47,774 nucleotides of DNA. Source: Chloroflexota bacterium. Its GTDB lineage: Bacteria; Chloroflexota; Limnocylindria; P2-11E. The notes below the pieces were generated by a model. The model searched no databases. It saw only the letters and a list, made by a program, of their open reading frames with translations, and was not told the DNA's origin. Below, in pieces: positions 46,589-47,774 of this stretch. Position numbers and translations under genes: made by a program. Within the stretch, counting starts at the first letter, position 1. The number at the start of each line of letters is the position of its first letter. Location: positions 1-47,774 of the forward strand of contig VBEY01000059.1 of the NCBI GenBank assembly GCA_005889295.1, written 5' to 3'.

Positions 46589-47774
46589 ATGCCTGGCTGG
46601 GTCGACTTACACGTCCACAGCAACTACAGCTTTCTCGATGGTGCGTCGGATGTCGACGACCTCGCCGACGCCGCGGTCGAGCAGGGCTTGGAGGCGCTCG
46701 CGCTCACCGACACGAATGGCCTGTACGGCGCTGTGCGGTTCGCGGGCGCCGCCAAAGAGCGGGGACTCCGTCCGATCTTCGGCGCGGAGCTCCAGCTCCA
46801 GGAGATGGGTCACGTCGTCCTCATCGCGCGCGATCGTCTGGGCTGGACCAGCCTCTGCCGGACGATCTCGGCGGCCCAGCTCGCCGGGGAGAAGACAAAG
46901 CCCAAGGCGACGTTCGAGCTTCTCGCTGAGAACGCCGCGGGCCTCTTCGCGCTGACCGGTTGCGCGCATGGCGCGGTCCCGCGCGCAGTCCGGGCCGGCG
47001 ATCTCGACGCCGCACGCGAGGCGCTCACGCGCTTCGCTGCGGTCTTCGGCGAGCGCCTTTACGTCGAGCTCTCGGACCACCTCGACCCCGACGCGCCCGC
47101 GCTCTGCGACACCCTCGCGTCGCTCGCCGGGGAGGTGGGCCTCGGCTGTGTCGTCACGAACAACGTCCACTACGCGCGCCCCGAGGGCCGCCGCCTTCAC
47201 GACGTCCTCCGCTGCATCGATCTCGGCGTGACCCTCGACGAGGCCGGCCAGCGCCTCAAGCCGAACGGCGAGTACTGGCTCAAAGGCGAGGCCATGCTGC
47301 GCGAGCGGCTCGGTCGCTTCGACGAGGCGTTCCGCAACGCGCGTGCGATCGCCGACTCCTGCGTGCTCGATCTTCTGTATGACACGAACACGCCCCGCGC
47401 GGAAGCATCGTTCGTCGGAAAGGATCGTCTTCCGGGTTTCCCCGTTCCCGAGGGGCACACCGCGTTCTCGTTCCTGTACGCGCTCTGCGGCGAGGGCGCG
47501 AAGATCAAGTACCCGCGCATCACGCGCGACGTCGCGAAGCAGCTCGCCCACGAGCTCGACGTCATCGACCGCTGTGGCCTCGCCGAGTTCTTCCTCATCA
47601 ACTGGGACATCGTCCGTTTCTGCAAGGAGCACCGGATCCCGGCGCAGGGCAGGGGATCGGCCGCGGATTCGATCGTCGCGTACGTGCTCGACATCACCAA
47701 GGTCGACCCGATCCAGCACGACCTGCTGTTCGAGCGCTTTCTCACCGAGGACTCGCGGACGATGCCGGACATCG
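46589..47774 (+). CDS. dnaE2: Error-prone DNA polymerase III alpha (DnaE2/ImuC), 3'-truncated by the window edge
   Basis: LHVHSNYSFLDGAS, ALTDTNGLYGAVRF, TNNVHY, QGRGSAADS, LLFERFL...MPDI. LexA box and imuAB nearby. Missing from the ORF track because there is no stop in the window. Confidence 0.93.
   Translation, partial: MPGWVDLHVHSNYSFLDGASDVDDLADAAVEQGLEALALTDTNGLYGAVRFAGAAKERGLRPIFGAELQLQEMGHVVLIARDRLGWTSLCRTISAAQLAGEKTKPKATFELLAENAAGLFALTGCAHGAVPRAVRAGDLDAAREALTRFAAVFGERLYVELSDHLDPDAPALCDTLASLAGEVGLGCVVTNNVHYARPEGRRLHDVLRCIDLGVTLDEAGQRLKPNGEYWLKGEAMLRERLGRFDEAFRNARAIADSCVLDLLYDTNTPRAEASFVGKDRLPGFPVPEGHTAFSFLYALCGEGAKIKYPRITRDVAKQLAHELDVIDRCGLAEFFLINWDIVRFCKEHRIPAQGRGSAADSIVAYVLDITKVDPIQHDLLFERFLTEDSRTMPDI

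Noticed and set aside
1-47774. Selenoprotein genes (in-frame TGA plus SECIS)
   Set aside because: No recognisable protein is interrupted by TGA at a Cys position; thioredoxin has a normal WCGPC. Checked by eye only.
1-47774. CRISPR array, transposase or prophage genes
   Set aside because: No regularly spaced direct repeats and no recognisable mobile-element proteins.

Overview
High-GC bacterial chromosomal window, probably Chloroflexota-like (inferred from gene content and GAAC-N4-GTTC LexA boxes). It is mostly housekeeping: surE, thrC-thrB, a dispersed fatty-acid synthesis cluster (birA, degV, accD, accA, accC, accB, fabD, fabZ, fabF), arginase, an NRAMP-type plus MgtE-N/CBS transporter pair, trxA, pirin, a tRNA-Sec gene, and a LexA-controlled imuA-imuB-DUF6504 ... 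dnaE2 mutasome cassette split by two unrelated genes. Accessory lipoproteins and a HEPN-MNT toxin-antitoxin pair are interspersed. Most notable: (1) a cysteinyl-tRNA synthetase joined across a frameshift to a GT2 glycosyltransferase and coupled to an S51 (cyanophycinase-like) hydrolase, a candidate new cysteine-glycoconjugate or tRNA-linked pathway; (2) a lysine-less, non-biotinylatable BCCP paralog inside the accD-accA operon, alongside a canonical accB; (3) an 809-aa degenerate methyltransferase-nuclease-like protein in an operon with a TPR/HIRAN-like protein and thioredoxin; (4) a REC-MshEN-REC-TM-GAF signalling protein. No CRISPR array, integrase or transposase was seen. All calls are from motifs read by eye; no database searches were run.
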